Position numbers and translations under genes: made by a program. DNA of 63,880 bases, the filler included, from Octopus bimaculoides (taxonomy: Eukaryota): NCBI RefSeq assembly GCF_001194135.2. It is 8 parts of 7 records of this genome, joined end to end, with 100 filler letters (N's around TTAATTAATTAA, not from the genome) between each part and the next. Parts side by side here need not be neighbours in the genome. Positions count along the whole stretch, not along the records: positions 62,644 to 63,880 come from NC_068983.1; 7 more parts are not named here. One strand, given 5' to 3'. Under the pieces are notes generated by a model. The model saw nothing but the letters and a program-made list of their open reading frames with translations. It was not told the DNA's origin and made no database searches. This document shows, piece by piece, positions 62,901 to 63,880 of the stretch (within the stretch, counting starts at the first letter, position 1; each line of letters begins with the position of its first letter).

Positions 62901-63399
62901 GGTCAAAGTTGGGAACAAAAACAGGACAGTGGAGACATAAGGAAACTGAACAAAAACAAACATGGAGGGTCGTTAGACCAGAATGAGGGTAAAATAGCAA
63001 ATGCTGGAGAAATATTTTCTTTGAAAAGAGAAAAGATAGAAGAGAGTGATAGAAGACGTCCAGTCCTTAAGATGTCATGGAGGAAAGGAAAGATGGTCCC
63101 ATGAGGAAAAGAGAGATGGACGATGGTCACGTGTGAGCAATGAGAGAAGCAAAAAGAGAAAGAGGGAGAGAGAGAGAGAGATAGAAAACGGTGAAGGGGA
63201 TAAAAAGGGAATTAGAGAAGGATGGGGGAGGAAACAGTATAGAGTAGAGTCGCATCAAAAAGGTTAAAATAAACTTACTTGGAAATAGATGTATGGCACT
63301 CAATCTTATAATATATATATATATATATACATATATATATTTCCAATAAATCATATATCCAAAAGAGAAGCACACTCTAAGTTATAGAGCAGTAGAATA

Positions 63400-63515
63400 A
63401 TTAGATAAAGATATTTATGGGGTTACCCTGGGTTTCATGTCGATAAAGCTAAAAGTTTTATGGACACGAAACCCAGGGTAACTCCATAGACCAGCCATAA
63501 CTACCTTTATCTAAT
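63400..63515. repeat. Near-perfect palindrome / small foldback element
   Basis: 35-bp stem (63415-63449 with 63453-63489) around a 3-nt loop, plus outer arms attagataaag/ctttatctaat. Confidence 0.9.
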
Positions 63516-63880
63516 ATATATATATAGAGAGATCGATAGATAGATAGACAGACAGACAGGCAGGCAGGCAGGCAGGCAGACAGGCAGACAGACATATAGA
63601 TAGACAGATAGATAGATAGACAGATATATATATATATATAATAATAATATTAGGGACAAAATCCAAAATTACAGGTAAAAAACTCAATTAAAATCAATTT
63701 ATAAAAAATTAAAATTAAATTGAGCCTTATAGATAAAGTATATATAAAATATATAGTTTTAGGGAAAATAACCAATTTTCAAGAACTCATCGATGAAAAT
63801 CCACTATCACATATAGAAAAATTAATAATTAAAAGCACAATAAATGAGTATAATATAAAGTAAAGTAAATATCATAAGAT

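Overview
Eukaryotic, AT-rich, microsatellite-saturated DNA with about 19 N-gaps (~4.7 kb). It is most likely an octopus genome; this is inferred from the look of the SINEs and repeats and not verified by search. I found no intact host protein-coding gene, rRNA, true tRNA or CRISPR array, and nearly all ORFs in the track are microsatellite or N-run artefacts. The window is a graveyard of mobile elements: at least three Penelope-like elements (RT and/or GIY-YIG), R4/Dong-like, RTE, CR1/L2 and I-like LINE fragments, Tc1/mariner and pogo-type elements, a Chapaev3-like transposon, a hAT fragment fused in frame to a Ty3/gypsy gag fragment, non-autonomous Helitron-like pieces, foldback MITEs and at least three tRNA-derived SINE families. 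The most interesting signals are RNA-structural: several minimal (Penelope-type) hammerhead ribozyme relics including a head-to-head inverted pair at 18985-19117, a candidate degenerate HDV-like ribozyme at the 5' end of the R4/Dong-like element, a near-perfect ~115-nt hairpin, a SINE with three tandem tRNA-like heads, and fold-back templated insertions at SINE junctions. Every complete ribozyme candidate carries at least one core or stem defect. I cannot claim an intact, previously undescribed system; the findings are leads. TE boundaries are approximate and were read by eye.
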